From: Atractiella rhizophila
Taxonomy: Eukaryota
DNA: 42,907 bases
Assembly (NCBI GenBank): GCA_021432655.1
Contig: MU271521.1
Coordinates: 7,989-50,895 of the forward strand
Reading direction: 5' to 3'
The notes under the pieces were generated by a model. That model did not search any database. It worked only from the letters and a program-made list of their open reading frames with translations, and had not been told where the DNA came from. The position numbers and the translations under genes are program-made. Below are positions 23,152-36,525 of this stretch, one piece after another (the first letter of the stretch is position 1; each line of letters opens with the position of its first letter).

Positions 23152-25947
23152 TTACATATTCCAGACCTCCTTCAAGAAAGCCATCTGTTCCACAAGCACT
23201 CTCTCGATTGTCTCCTTCTTCCGAAAGCCATGACCTTCTCCCTCAAACGTGACAAGTTTAACCTTACCACCCTTCTCTTCCAGCTTCTCCTTCATCAAGT
23301 ATGCCTGATTGGGGAGTACAACTTTGTCGTCCAACCCTTGGAGGAGGAGAATCGGCGCCTTGATGTTCTCAATAAAGTTGATAGCGCTGCGGTCATGAAT
23401 AGCCTTATCGAAAAGCGGACCCTTAGGAGGAAAGATAGAGACGTAGCTAGATTCAAATTTGTGTGTATCTTGCATGAGGAGAGAGAGGTCGCAGATTCCA
23501 TAGTGTGAGATTCCGGCTGTCCAAACGGAGCTCTTGCACAGTGACAAGAGCACCGTTAAGCCGCCTTTCCATGCAATTCAGTATCTCGGGACTAAAATGA
23601 AGATAAGACATGTACCTGAACTTGATCCTACAATGCCTATCCGCTTCCCATCCACCCATCCCTGTTCGATCAAATATTTCGCGGCATTCTCAGCATCAGC
23701 AATATCGACAATACCCCAGCCCTCATCCAATCTCTTCCTGTATGCTCTGCCGAAGCCGGTCGTTCCTCCATACTCGACTTGACACACGGCAATACCGTTG
23801 GACGTAAATGCTTGCACATCGGTGGGATTGTAGTAAAACTTGGAGCTTCCAGTTGGCCCTCCGTGCACGGAGATCAAGCAGGGAGGATTATCCACCTTGG
23901 GTACGGGAGGAAAGAAGCGAGCATGAGCTGTGGTCGGCGACGGATCGTGGAGGGATGTAGGACTGGTTGGGAAGGAGAACATTTTTGCTGTAGAGACGAA
24001 GGAGGGATCAACGGTTTCACCGGTAGCGTAAATAATCGACGTTTGACGACTTGATAGATCGTACACACAGGCAGAGGGAGGAGCACGCTCGTTGAGGGAT
24101 ACGAAAACAACAGCGTCTTTGTTAGTCGGATGGGCGTGAATCTCTTCTACCCACGCGACACCTTCTAGAGGATGCTCTTCCACAGACTTCCTCTCAACGT
24201 CGTGCACATAAAGCTTTCCATGCTCGTATCCCACCATCCTCGCTGGATCATTCAACACGGCCCATTCCTTCCTTCCTAAGTTCCAGCTAGGACCAGCAAA
24301 ATCAACCTCCAGGCCTTTCTCAAGCACAGAAGATGTCTCCTCCTTTTCCACATCGTAGATGTAGAACTGCTTCCATCCACTCCTGTCACAGATGAACCCA
24401 AGTCGCTTTTCGTCGATCCACAAAGGTTGATCCACCAGTTCCTCACCTCCAAGCTTGCCAGCAACCCTCTTGAGCATTCCCACATTGCCCGTGTCAGCTT
24501 GAAACTCTGCGACCCATAATTCCGTCGCTTCGAAGGGCATGTCTGGTCCATTCCAGGTGATATAGCAAAAATGGGTACCGGAAGGAGAAAAGCGTGGCGA
24601 TGAGTAGAAAGAATTTCCGGAAACAATGGTTTTCGGTTGCGAAGATGCCACAGAAAGTAGAGAGAGCGTGTTCACCGGCAAATGCGAGCCCTTGGAGTGG
24701 TCTTCGTGGATGGCAAGGATGTATGTACCTTTCGGATGGGCATGGAAATCCGCGTAACGGGAGGTTGCGATCTCTAAGTAACGTGGCCGTCAAAAAATAT
24801 TTGTCAGTTATTTCCAACAAAATGCCGTCATGACCTTTCAGAGTTGGCCGCGTTGTCAGTACTGAGCAACAAGCTCAGCCTTGGGCAGAACGTCGAGGAA
24901 TAGTGTTCGTTGCCACCATCAAGATTGTTCATCTGTACCTAATTTACGGACTCCCTTTGTTATCGAAAGAAGGGTTAGAAAAGATCAGGTCATGGAGCTC
25001 GAGAAGAGCGGAGGGGCATATCCCAGAAACGTTTGCTGGAAATTTGCAGGCACACCGGAAGATGCTCGAAGACTAAATTTCCATGAAACAGTGGAAAAGA
25101 GGTAAATGAGCAAGAGGCTTTCAGAGCGAAGTTCAGTGTAACAGATGCGGCGAAATAGCACAGCGTGGTCTGAGAGCTTCTTCCATAACAGTGGGCTTTA
25201 CAGAGTATGTACTCGGAAGAATGAAAGGACGGCAGAGAAACTTTATAAGAAACGAATCGTTCCTTTACTATTATATGATGGGACATGCAGCGTTCGGGTT
25301 GACTCAAAATGTGAGCTCTCACGATATTCCACTGGGATGTGATTCTGTGAAACGAAATATGCAGAAACAATCCGCATCATCGATATCACTCTGTGGAGAT
25401 ATGTCGTCCACACCAAAACGCAATGAACACATATATTGCCTCTCCTCTGCGACATGGACCTTTGCTTTTCTCTCACATTTCCTTCAGCAGTGGGCTAAGG
25501 AACGGGGATGAACGAAACTAGAGGATAGTTTCCCACATATTTTGAGTTATGTCCTCGTGAGAACAACACTATCACCCCCGAACTGGTACAGGAAGTCAAC
25601 GTACCAGGGACTATTCTCTCTTCCTTTCCTCCTTCAATCGATGTAATATAGACACCCATGTCAACCTGATCCGTCCAAACCAACTTCTTCGCATCCAGTA
25701 GCTCCCAGGCTCCACCGCCATACTCGTGCACCCTGCTCCCCACTCTTCTATCCTTTCCAACCAGATCTACCTTCTTCCCCTCTGCATCAAGACGCGTGAT
25801 CACCCCACGTCCTCCTTCAGTTGGCCGTCCTTCAAGGAGCAACAGAGTGAGGTTAGAGGAGGCAGTGATGGATGGGATGACACGGATGGACGGTGGTTTG
25901 GGAGAGCCTTCGGCTAGTTTGGAGAAGGAGAAAGGATTGCTGGACAT
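23152..25947 (-). CDS. Prolyl oligopeptidase family S9 peptidase (dipeptidyl/acylaminoacyl peptidase-like), 3 exons
   Basis: EGRPTEGGR, VHEYGGGAW, RYADF, VHGGPT, GSSS|GG (nucleophile), QGLDDKVV (Asp), EGHGF (His); intron 1 = 25604-24774. Confidence 0.93.
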
Positions 25948-26146
25948 CTTCCTGGTTGGCTGACCTGTTGAGCAGAGGACCAGGGTGGGCTTCACAAAAG
26001 AGAAGGAGAATTTGGTGCCAAATTGGCGGGATATAAGCTGAAGAGAGGGAATGGTGCCAACGTCGTGCGAGAGCAGATATTCGACAGATATTCGATGTTC
26101 GATGATCGATACAGATCGGATGGAAAAGCTCCGAAGTAAATCCAAG

Positions 26147-26176
26147 AAAATAAGGAAACATAAAATAAGGAAACAT
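26147..26176. repeat. 15-nt tandem duplication (aaaataaggaaacat x2) upstream of the peptidase
   Basis: Direct reading; nearby cagatattcga x2 at ~26073-26094. Confidence 0.8.
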
Positions 26177-26429
26177 CAATTGTCCGACATCCAGAGACAA
26201 TGTCCAGTGAAGGAAACAAAAGTTACCGTTCTGAGTAGATTGTCTACAGTAAGTCCCCACTCTTGTACTTCAAGCTTTACAAGTTACTGTAAATACTTTG
26301 TCGAGAACGAAACTGCACTTGGTTATTGGCATTCCTTGAAATATCTTACAATCCGTATCCTAATTCACACTGTTCACAAGGTATTATCGCCTGATGTGAA
26401 GTCACGGTCCAAGCGGCGTTCAGAATGGA

Positions 26430-27747
26430 TCAACGCAGAACCCTCCAGCCTTCCTTCTCCTCCAAGCGCTCGCAGACCGTGATATCCTCCACTCCACCGG
26501 TCCAAAACTCCCCCATGTTCATCCTAACTTTATCATCCGCATATTCAAGGTGTGGTCGGATAGTATTGTCCTCTCCATGATTCTCGAGAAGATGGCCTAC
26601 ACGGCACGGCACTAAGTCAGTTTTATGGCTCTTGTACTAGTAGGGTAAAGGCAAGAAGGAGGTGGGGAGAGAGCAGGATGGTAAATTGGTACCTGTGATG
26701 GATGTTTTTGGGTCAATTAACGCGTCAAACGCTCTCCACATAGTTTCGTGGCTCGTAATTCGGCCCTCGTTCGCCAATCTTTCCACGAATCCAGGAGGCG
26801 CGAGAGCAGTCGCTATCCCGCCAAACCAATACGTCAACCAGAAAGCTAGAGAAAGTAGGGTGGAGAGGACGTACGCACTACGCTAGGTGCGACGCAGTTG
26901 ATAGTTATTCGTTCCGGAAGAATGCAGGGACCAAGCGAGCGGACGAGTCCCAGCACGCCTATTAAATAGCACACCATGATTATCAAGGGGGAGGGGCATG
27001 GATGGAACTGACCATGTTTTGCCGTCGCATAGAGGACATCAGCGGGGAAGGGGTAGATTGATCTGTGATCCCGGTCACATTAGCTTATCTGCAAAGCGCA
27101 GAAGGCGAGTGGAGAGGGAAGGAATATGTACGCGTTCGAAGCCGTCACCACGATCTTTCCTCTCCATCCATCCCCTTCCACTTCCTGCTTTCTAAACGTC
27201 TCCAGCGCACAATGCACGGTCTTGAGAACACCATTTAGGTTTACATCCACGACCTTTAGATCTGGTTCTGCACCTTCTCGAGCTGGGTCCAGACTATTAA
27301 ATGCAAACTGTCTGGTGTCCCTTGTCTCCTTCGTGTTCTCCTTGACCGCAACAGAGGGTAGAGTAGGATCGGAGAAGGATGGAGGAAGCTCGCGCAACTC
27401 GCTGATTCCGGCATTGGCGAATACAAAATCGACCCTTCTAGTGGGAGAGACGGAGATAGCGTGAGCGAAGACGGCGCGGAGGGAGGAGTAGGCGGTGATG
27501 TCGGCTTGGTAGAAGGTGGAGAGCGCAGAAGGCAGGGAGGAAACGACGGATTCACCCAGGGTAGCATTCAGGTCGCAGAGGACGACGTAACAGCCGTGTG
27601 ATATGAGATTTTTCGAGAGCTCAAGCCCAATACCAGAAGCTGCTCCTGTTCTCATCCAACACCCCGTTAGTAAGAGCGTGGCGCTCAGAGGAAAGAAGAA
27701 GGCGAACCAGTGACGATTGCACAACAGTTTGCATATTTCCCAGGCAT
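26430..27747 (-). CDS. Short-chain dehydrogenase/reductase (15-PGDH-like)
   Basis: MPGKYANCCAIVT|GAASGIG (TGxxxGxG), VDFVFANAGI, VDVNLNG, LYATAKHG (YxxxK), ITINCVAPS. Confidence 0.92.
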
Positions 27748-28582
27748 CTTCAATGAATATGGCTGGTGGACGAAGTTACAGCTAGAGAAGTAATTATTTT
27801 ATCGCTAGCCGTAATATTTAACATGGAATAGGATTGAAGGAGACGAAGTTGGTGCCGCTACGGGAAAATGGTTCTTCATCTTGAGCATGACGAGCGCCTC
27901 GAAACCAGTGATACAGTAGATTTATCAATTTAAAGCACCCAGCATATCTAAGATACCGAAATTACTCGATGCGCACAACCCTTGAGCAAACGCAACAGAG
28001 CTGACGCGCTGACAGCTGGTGGTTGGTCGTACGGTTGACTGTAGTCACTCGTAACACGACCAACTCTAACCTCACGGATTCACCTCCAATGTCAAATCAC
28101 TCGCTGTCAAGTTGAGACGTAGATTTACTGTAGTTACTTGGTGGGCAAACGTTTCAACTGACTCTAAAGGTCATGGACGGAAGTGGTTGGATGTTGGATG
28201 GTGCGACGGCTAGATATGATGTAGACTTTGTGTGAACTGAGGTAGGCGCTCCTCTCTATTACGTGGGAAAGAGAGAGAGAGAGAGGCATGCTGTAACTGC
28301 TTGTTTTGCACTGCCCTGCTGTTTAACGTTACAGTGTTGTAGCATCGCTACGAGAAAGATAGATAATAGGCTAGAAAGGATCTGAAAGGATTCCCTCTGC
28401 TCTGCTTTAAGGGTAATCACATTATTTACAGCTAATATTTCGCGATCCAATCAACCTGTCTTGTGTTATCAGTGGGAATCTCGGGGAGGAGTGAAGCCTT
28501 CGCTTTGACGCGCTGATCTCGATTGTGTATCGTTGTCTTTTTGCACCTTTCGATAGTCACCGTTTCATTTCCGTCCGATATT

Positions 28583-28926
28583 TTACACTCGAGTGAACGA
28601 TGCCCAGCTGGTTATCGCAGCCCAGGTAATAGACTAACGATCTATTGATTGAGAAGAGAAATAACGTATTCCTGGAACATAAAGATCAGGCATCTCTTTA
28701 TCTGTTTACTTCTCCTCAACGCGCTTCGCCGCCCTCAGTTCCATCCTCTCCTCCTTCCTGCGCAGCTTCTCAAGTTTTCTTCTTCCGAAAGCTTCTTTAA
28801 ATACAGCAACTTGTCCAACGAAGATTTGTTGCAATTTTGTCAGGTTGCGTTGAAGATGAGGAGGTGCGAAACCGCCGAAAAGACGGTAATGGTTGGAAGA
28901 GATTCTCCTGACGAGATAGTAAACAT
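28583..28926 (-). pseudogene. Disabled paralogue of the small gene at 29568-29937
   Basis: SSLDKLLYLKKLSEEE, then a 1-nt frameshift, in-frame TAA (EEK*TDKEMPDLYVPGI), degenerate splice sites; terminal SWASFTRV* conserved. Confidence 0.8.
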
Positions 28927-29567
28927 GGCGAATGCTAGTCCTTTAGACGGGCTAGGAGTCAACGAGAAAGGCACCTGAAGCTGCCCTTGATATTCGGCAG
29001 GGAATTGACACAAGTCTGCATGACTCGATAGTTGGCAAGGCCCATTTTGAAACGTAATTCTTTCATCAGCAACTCTGGAACAGATCTACCAGGATCTACA
29101 CGGGAAGAGTGAATATGAGTCGATGTTGGCGCAGCAAGCCTCCCGAACTTTCAAAATTTTGTTTCAATTAACGTGCAAAGGGGAAGGCGATAGCAGGTTG
29201 ATGGCAGGAGGAGGCATTTCGCTGGTGCAGAAAGCCAACCTGTGTCCCGAGTTCTTTCAATTCTGTTCTCAATAGGATGCTTCCTTCATTTCATGTCTGA
29301 ACTCAGTAAAATTTAACATGCTTCATTTCAGCACTGCCCTCTTCTTTTTCCAACCACTGTTCTTGTTTTCCCAGCACATACGGCTCTACTTTTGTAAGAA
29401 TCCTTCTGGCATGGAATGACCACATATGGGACACCTGAGCCTTTTATGTCTGCTCGTTTCATCACCTGGAGAATTTTATCAGGTAAAGATATTACAGACA
29501 CTTGAGGCGTACCTTCATCATGTTTCCAAATCCTCGCACTTTACACCTTGATGAACGGCCGTTGCAC

Positions 29568-29937
29568 TTTACACCCTGGTGAACGACGCCCAGCTGGCTG
29601 TTAGCTCCCGTTAGAAAGTAATGTGACGTCAGACGAAGAGAGACATACCAATGCCTGGCACGTAAAGATCAGGCATCTCTTTCTCGGTCCTCTTCTCCTC
29701 CGCGCGTTTCGCCGCCTTTTCTTCCTTCTTTTCTGCCTTTCTCAGCAACTTTTCAAGCTTTTCCTCTTCTGAGAGCTTTTTCAAGTGTAACAATCTCTCC
29801 AAAGACGAAGAACTGTCGCGTTTTTTGTGCTTGACAAGGGGAGACATCGAGGAGATAGAAGGTTCGTAAGAGGAATCTGCTGTTGAACTGCTAGAGGTTG
29901 TCTTTGAGAGAGGATGAGATAGTGAATCTGTCGACAT
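29568..29937 (-). CDS. Small Ser-rich, Lys/Glu coiled-coil hypothetical protein, 2 exons
   Basis: ORF MSTDSLSH...KEMPDLYVPGI|ASWASFTRV*; frame supported by synonymous differences with the adjacent pseudogene. Confidence 0.7.
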
Positions 29938-30803
29938 GCTGAGAAGTGACTTTGGGCGAGTGTTGCTGTGACGATTTGATGGGATGGCTGGAGAAGCTGA
30001 GAAGCTGAGGCTTATTTATAGGGATTCTGTGACCCTCCAGGTCCAAGGAGGTCGGAGTCATTCGATTCACATCTCTTCGCTGCGATCCACAGGAATAACC
30101 ACCGAAGCGGTAGGAACGATTCATTTGACAACACCAGCTCCACTTCTGCTGGATAACGCGGGATTTGGCGGAACCTGGCGGAACATTCGTTGGAACCGAG
30201 AATACCGTGGCTTGTTTCAATAGGTTGACCCGCAAGAATGCAAGAAGGTGATGTTCGCTGCTGACAAACACTGACGATGACGTGCACTGACTAAGACGTT
30301 TCTGCTGCGTCCCAAAGAGAACAAACAAATCAACTTCACCTGCTCGTATCCTACTAGCGAACGCGAGTCAACGGTCATTAGATCACTGCCGTTTGTCATC
30401 TGCCCTTGCCGCACCATCACCAACGGATTAGGCGGGGAGAACGCGAGAATAGAAGACCGAAAGACTTTGCCCACCGTCGACGGCAGAAGCGGTTAGGCAG
30501 GGAAAAGCAAATCTTCGCGGTTGCGCGTGGGTCATCTACGGTCGGAGAGGGTCTGAGCTGGAAACGCGCCGCATCTCTGTCGTGATTGGCGCGTTGCAGT
30601 CATTGATTTCACCATTGCGTTTGAGAATCCTAGAATTTCAAGTCGACCTTCTTCTTGCTGACCAAAGCTGACCAATGTTGACAAATCGAAGCTCATACGA
30701 CACTACGTTGACTCGAGCTGTATGTTTATAAAGGCAGCTGCAATGCAATCAAGATCGTTATATTCCGCCAAAGCAACCAACTGACACAAAACATTCAAAC
30801 GCA

Positions 30804-31168
30804 ATGACTCCCACTCGCCCTGCCACTTCAAATTCTCTGGGATCTTCAAACTCGAATACCTCAAATGAGAATGATGTATCGACACTTCCATCTGCACCAG
30901 TCTATGACCTTGCTTCCCCCTTCCCCTCCACTAGCACGACATCTCAAAATCCCTTGCTCCGTCTGATGCCTTTCTTCACAAAATCGTCTCCGGAGGAACA
31001 GGAACACAAGCGGTGGCTTAAGCAGTTCAAGAAAGAGGCTAGGAAGCAAGAGGCGGGTGAAGCAAAAATGAGGAGTGCTGAGGCTCGTGAGTGTTTTCGA
31101 CTTTGCGTTTCGTGTGTAGTTCACTGATAACTGTGGTAGTTTACTTCGCAGCTGTATCCAAGCCATAG
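30804..31168 (+). CDS. Small Ser/Thr-rich plus charged-helix hypothetical protein, 2 exons
   Basis: MTPTRPATSNS...KKEARKQEAGEAKMRSAEA, GTGAGT intron, then LYFAAVSKP*; TATA-like tttataaa at ~30725. Confidence 0.55.
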
Positions 31169-31698
31169 GCAGCACAAGAGATCATTCGGTTCTTTATTTA
31201 CTACACACCACACTCCGATAAATCCAGAGTACGAAAAGGAATACGGGTAAATCGAGCGAACGAAAGAGAATACGCCGGTCTTGTTAAAAGAAAGTTCTGT
31301 AATACAGCTTCTTCACACAGGTGAAGTCAGATTGTATAAAGTTGCAACAATGAGGTTTCATTGGATAATGACAAAGGTCGATAATATGAATTGTCTGCTT
31401 AACTTGCACAGCCGGTTAGGGCAGGGGAAGTAGCGACAGCAACAACAGAGAATGTATGTTGACGTTAGGCTAACATGGAATACTCCTCATGCGTAGGACT
31501 TGAATGGATCCAGTAGACTTCTCCACAAGACTCTAACGAGGTCCTGTCGCGCATTCCTCAGCAAGGCTGTCATGCCTTTATAGCTCAATATCTCATCTGG
31601 ACTTCCTCACGCTTCCCTCCCATGTCCAAAAAACCATAAACTTGAGCTTACCACCTAATTTTAAGGCAACACCGTTCCATTCTATCTAACACATTCAT

Positions 31699-32115
31699 CT
31701 AGAAAGGCTTATCACTAGCTGGTATCTTATCCTCATAATGGTTCTTGAGCTGTATGTATATCGTCACATAAACAATTTCTTTCTTTGAGGCGGAGAAACT
31801 ACGCACGATTGGGATTTTGAGAAGAACGTCCTGCTTGAAAACAGGGATGTCACTCATGAAAAGGAAGAGTGCCGCGGTGGCACCGACCCCCCAAACTACC
31901 AACAAGGTAAATATTGCATTACTGGTGTACAAGCAAAAGCAAAAAGAACTTACTTCCGAGAGTGGGAACCCACTTGATAGCCATTGGAGCGTTGACTCCA
32001 TAGAAGGAAGGGATAACTTTGCCTCGGGGCTGAAAACGGGCGCCGGTACTACAACCCAAGAGATATCAGACTCACGCTATGTGGGAGAGAGAAAAGCTAA
32101 CAATACGGAAGGCAT
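31699..32115 (-). CDS. QCR10: Cytochrome bc1 complex subunit 10, 4 exons
   Basis: IKWVPTLG|IWGVGATAALFLFMSDIPVFKQDVLLKIPI|...YEDKIPASDKPF. Confidence 0.9.
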
Positions 32116-32318
32116 GGTGTAGTCAAAAGTTGTGTTGAGTTGGTTTGAGAGTTAAGAGAATATTGTCACAGCTTCGGAACCTTGATGCACACGCCTGCCT
32201 TTCTTGGAGATTTTTTTGTTCTCATTTGCAACTCTGAGCCTTCAAATTGGCGCTCAGCCTAAGCTCAGGAGAAGCTCAGGAGGTCAAGAATAGTTGTCTT
32301 TCCAGTCGGCATTGGGAC

Positions 32319-33625
32319 ATGGAACGGAATCTCTCGAGGATGAGCGGGAGTGTGTCTCATGACACTCAGTGGTTGTTTGTCCCCCTGCACAAACTGAATT
32401 TGTCTGAATCTTGTTTAGTACGCCCTACACACACTTGGTGGTCCCTTCTCGCTCTGAAACTTTTCGCTTTTTCTCTCTCCCTCCCGAAATGCAAATCGAG
32501 ATCGCCCGCTATATAGCACAAAGCCCAGCAAATCTTCTTCACGATGCTCACCTTGAATTGTCAAGGTCATCTGAAGTTTGGAATTTCAGTCTAGCCTCTC
32601 AAGCCACTCGTCAACTTATGGCGCCGCACATGTTTGCAAGAATCTTGATTGACGAAGGGACACGATTGCACTGGAAGGGAGAGGGGTTTCCGCAGACCTA
32701 TAAGACATACGTCAACAGTCTGCGCATTATTATACGTGACGGAAAACCCGAATTTCTTGAGTCTCTGCCAGCTCTTTTGCTTGGACTCATGCCACAGATC
32801 AATGCTGTGCAGCTCCTTTTCGCCCATTCAACGGAGACATGGGAGGAGGTTTTACGCTGCCTGTCGCATCTATTTCAGATTTCGAATAAGAAGATTGACC
32901 TCGAATTGGTTAATCCCACATCTGACAGCGCCGTCCCAAACGTGATTGGGCTGACTCCAATAGCCAGTCACATCCACAAACTCTCCTTACTTGTTCGATT
33001 TTACGAACATTCGCTCATGACTTCAATCTCTGATGCTACAAACCTCGAATGCCTATTTATTTACTTTTCCAGTATTTTGCCTATCTTCGGTCTCCAGTCT
33101 TTGGCCTGTTGTCCCAAGCTGCGGCAGCTGCACATATATTCATATCCCACCATCGGTTACGCAACACGTGCCAATTTACACGAAATAGTTGCACTATTGA
33201 ACGCTTGTCAGGCTACACTCCAAGAATTGACATTGGCCATTCAATTGAATATGCAATCAGACCAGCCCATTCAAGCGATCCTTCCCTCATTCCCCAATCT
33301 TAGGCAGCTCAATCTACAAAACATGTTCATGCGCTTGAGCGATCAGTCTTCATTACTCTCCTTATTTTCTGCGACCGTGGTCGACACATTTATCTACGAT
33401 CAACGCATCGATTTCTTTCGGCCCGCTTTCTCTGTCGTCCAGGATCCAATAACCGATCTGTTAAGGGACAGGAAGAGAGAAGGCGGATGGAGTTCTTTGC
33501 GGAGGCTTTTCTTGGGACGAATGGCCTGGGAGAGAATGAAGAAACAGTCGTGGGAATGGACATCAGGAGATGGAGTAGAGGTCTGTGCGTGGGAAGATGG
33601 TTACTGGAGGAGACTCAGCTTTTAA
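32319..33625 (+). CDS. F-box-like protein with leucine-rich (RNI-like) C-terminus; start approximate
   Basis: FRFFSLPPEMQIEIARYI F-box-like motif; LxxLxL repeats (CPKLRQLHI, TLQELTL, FPNLRQLNL); 1.2 kb uninterrupted exon. Confidence 0.7.
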
Positions 33626-33978
33626 ATCCATCACTGGTTCTCAGCGTCTGAGTTTCGTGTTTGCATTGAAGTTGGGGTAAACGGCATACTGATGACTGAT
33701 GGTCCAATGCAGTACCTCCAACGGACACACAGCACCACAGAGCGCGTTCCCCTCCCATACGTTGGCGTATTATGAGGTTGTGGATCCGAACCTCATCAAG
33801 CTTTATACAGTGGGATCGTAAAACATTTCATGTAGATCGGATGAATCTTAAAGGTAGAATTAAGCTTGCGCATTCAGTCCCTAGAATTTTGGTAGTAGCG
33901 AACATATCAGCCCATTCATTCTTGTACAATTCACCTTTATAATTACAAATGTTCCCATGAAAGATACTTTGCCTCTAG

Positions 33979-36525
33979 TTAAAGCTTCAATCCCAAGTCT
34001 TCGGCTATGAGACAGGCTCCCTTTTCACCGATTACCAAGGCAGTGTGATAAGTGTTAGAGCCTATCCTCACGTCATCAGCAAGGCATATCTCTAGAGTAG
34101 AAGGCAATTTACCAATGTTGTTGTTGAGGATAGAAAGGTCCATGACTTTGAGATTTTTCGTGTCGTGAACATTAAGCCTCGCATCGAGGACGCCATCTTG
34201 TTCCTTCGCTTTCATTGAGCATGTTCCAAGAGCGTGCCTGTATGAAGTTATTAGGATCATTCACCCAGTTCTAAAGACGGCGTACCAAGTCGTAGCAATA
34301 AATTGCCTAACGAAGACGTCAATAGCTTTCTCATCTTCATCCGTATACTCGATATTGAGGAGGTTCGCCCTTTCTTCAGGAGTAAGCTTCGTGACATCTT
34401 CGATGATGCGAGCCTTGGAAGTGGGAGAGAAGTGGGGATGAGCGAAATCTACTTCTCCTCCAAAGGAGGGCATGGAGCGAACAATCTGACGGCCTAAGAG
34501 GGAAATTGAGCGTCGCCCTGTCGAACAAAAAGGAGAGCTCACCTTTCTTGTAAGCCCAGCTGAATGCAGGAACGTCGATTTCGTTAGTCACGAAAGGTGC
34601 AATGTAAGCACCAGGGGTCTTTGGGTCGAGATCTTTGATGTGGATAGAGCCTCCATTGATGGCAAATGAACAGAAGTAATGATAGACGAGAAACGGCGTA
34701 CCTCTTGATTCCGGGTAGTTGAGGAAAGTGAGAAGTGAGATATAATCACCCCAGAGTCCGTGAGCTTTGGGATCAGGGAGATAATGTGCTTTGATGTACA
34801 TGAAGTTCCACAGCATCATCTGAACGAGGGGCTTGTCCTGGCAGTTTGGACCGTTGAACTCTCGCTCGTAGACTTTCTTGAACTCGTCATTTTTGATGGA
34901 AGCGAGTTCCTCAGGTGTGGGTCGAAGTTTGGCGCAAGTATCGCAGGCGTTCGTACCCATGTATCCTCCCGTCCCAGCAGCGAAGTCCTTCTCAGCCTTT
35001 TCCCAAACTGCTGGTTCACGTCGCCACTTGAACTGATCGTCGCTGGGAGTCAAGCTCTTGAAAGACGATGGAATGTCTATCAGGGGGTAAGGATTGAATG
35101 GAGGGAAGCAAGAATGGAATGGAAAAGGCATACGTGGATGATCCTGCATGTTCTCACCCACTCCCCTCAAGTCGATCCTGCATTGCCCACCAGCCTTCTC
35201 AATGACCTCCTTCCTCCCGACACCGCTGCGCTCCAGAATACACGGGTTGTTGATGGATCCAGCGCTGAGGACAACGAGCTTCCTAGCTTTCACCTTTCCA
35301 ACAGCGTCAACATATGTTCGAAACAGGAAACACCAAACCAACCTGTTTCCTCTCTCCGCTAGCAGTCTCAAATTCCGCTCCAATTGCTTTGTTATTATCG
35401 TCGAAGAGAACGCGCACAACCTTGGATCGGGTCACAACATGGATGTTGGAAGTGGAGTTGGGGTTATCGGGATAAACAGAGGGGTTGAGGGGATAGAGGT
35501 AGGAAGAGGCAGCGTCCGATCCTGCAATCGTCAGACTGAATATCACACAATATTCTAGGAAAAGCAAGACGGACTTCGGTAACCGTTTGTCGGGTTAATG
35601 TATTTCGCCCAGCGGCTGACACCAAGGCCAGTTTTGAAGTCGTTGGGACTGGGGAGAACGGATTAGCGGTCATTTAGAGGAAATATGCACAGAAGACAAA
35701 CTCTTCAACATATGGGACTCCATTCTTTACGGCCGCGTCAATGAATTCTTGACCCAAAGGACAAGTATACGATCCGTAGGAGACCTATTTTGTATTGAAT
35801 TAGAACTCAACCTTCCGAACTAGACAGCGAAGTGTATACATGAATTGGTCCGTCATAACCGTGTAGAGGGTCACCAGCTTTAACGTGGTACGTTTCGAAC
35901 TAGTGGTTCATCAGTGGTGGACGTCACTGTAGGAAGTGGAAAGTGTACCTTCTTGAAAAGGGGAAGAAGGTCTTTGTGTGCCCACCCTGGTTGCTTCAGA
36001 TTATCGTAATCGCTCGCTGCGCTGCGTGCATAAGCCATCCAATTGACACAGGAAGCTCCTCCAACGGTGTTTCCCCAGAGATACTCGACTCGTCTCCCCT
36101 GGAGCTGACCCATAGGTTCACTGACGACTGTGTGGGAATTAATAGTGTTCGTACAAGCCGAGAGAAGGGAACACTTACTCCCACCGACAAGGTCCCAATC
36201 CTTCCCACCATCATGAGGCTCGCCTCTGAGCTCGAGTGTCTTCTTACTCATATTGTTAAACTTTTCGCCCGGCTTGTAGACAGCAGGGTTCTGGTCCAGT
36301 AGACCGTCAACTGACTTCCAAGACTGACAAGAGAACTGCACTCACCTGGTCGGAAGTCTTTCCGCTCTCAATCAACATGATCACTTCCCCTGGATTCGCT
36401 TTTGCAACTCGCGAGGAGGCCACACAAGCGGTCGTCCCTCCTCCAAGAAAGAGGATATCGACTTCAGCGGGAGGTTGTTGGCCGCCAGTGACCATAGAAG
36501 TAACGGAAGAGATGACACCAGACAT
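33979..36525 (-). CDS. GMC oxidoreductase, alcohol oxidase-like (AA3_3)
   Basis: DILFLGGGTTACV, GGASCVNWMAYAR.AASDYD, LVVLSAG..NNPCILERSGVG, VGENMQDH, TTW|HALGTCSM, GSNTYHTALVIGEKGA. Confidence 0.92.

Noticed and set aside
24971..24978. CTAACCCT (minus strand) as a telomerase RNA template in the long intron
   Set aside because: An 8-mer is expected about once by chance in this window; no supporting pseudoknot identified
34760..35558. Long plus-strand ORFs antisense to the GMC oxidoreductase
   Set aside because: Shadow ORFs of the minus-strand gene with no independent motifs
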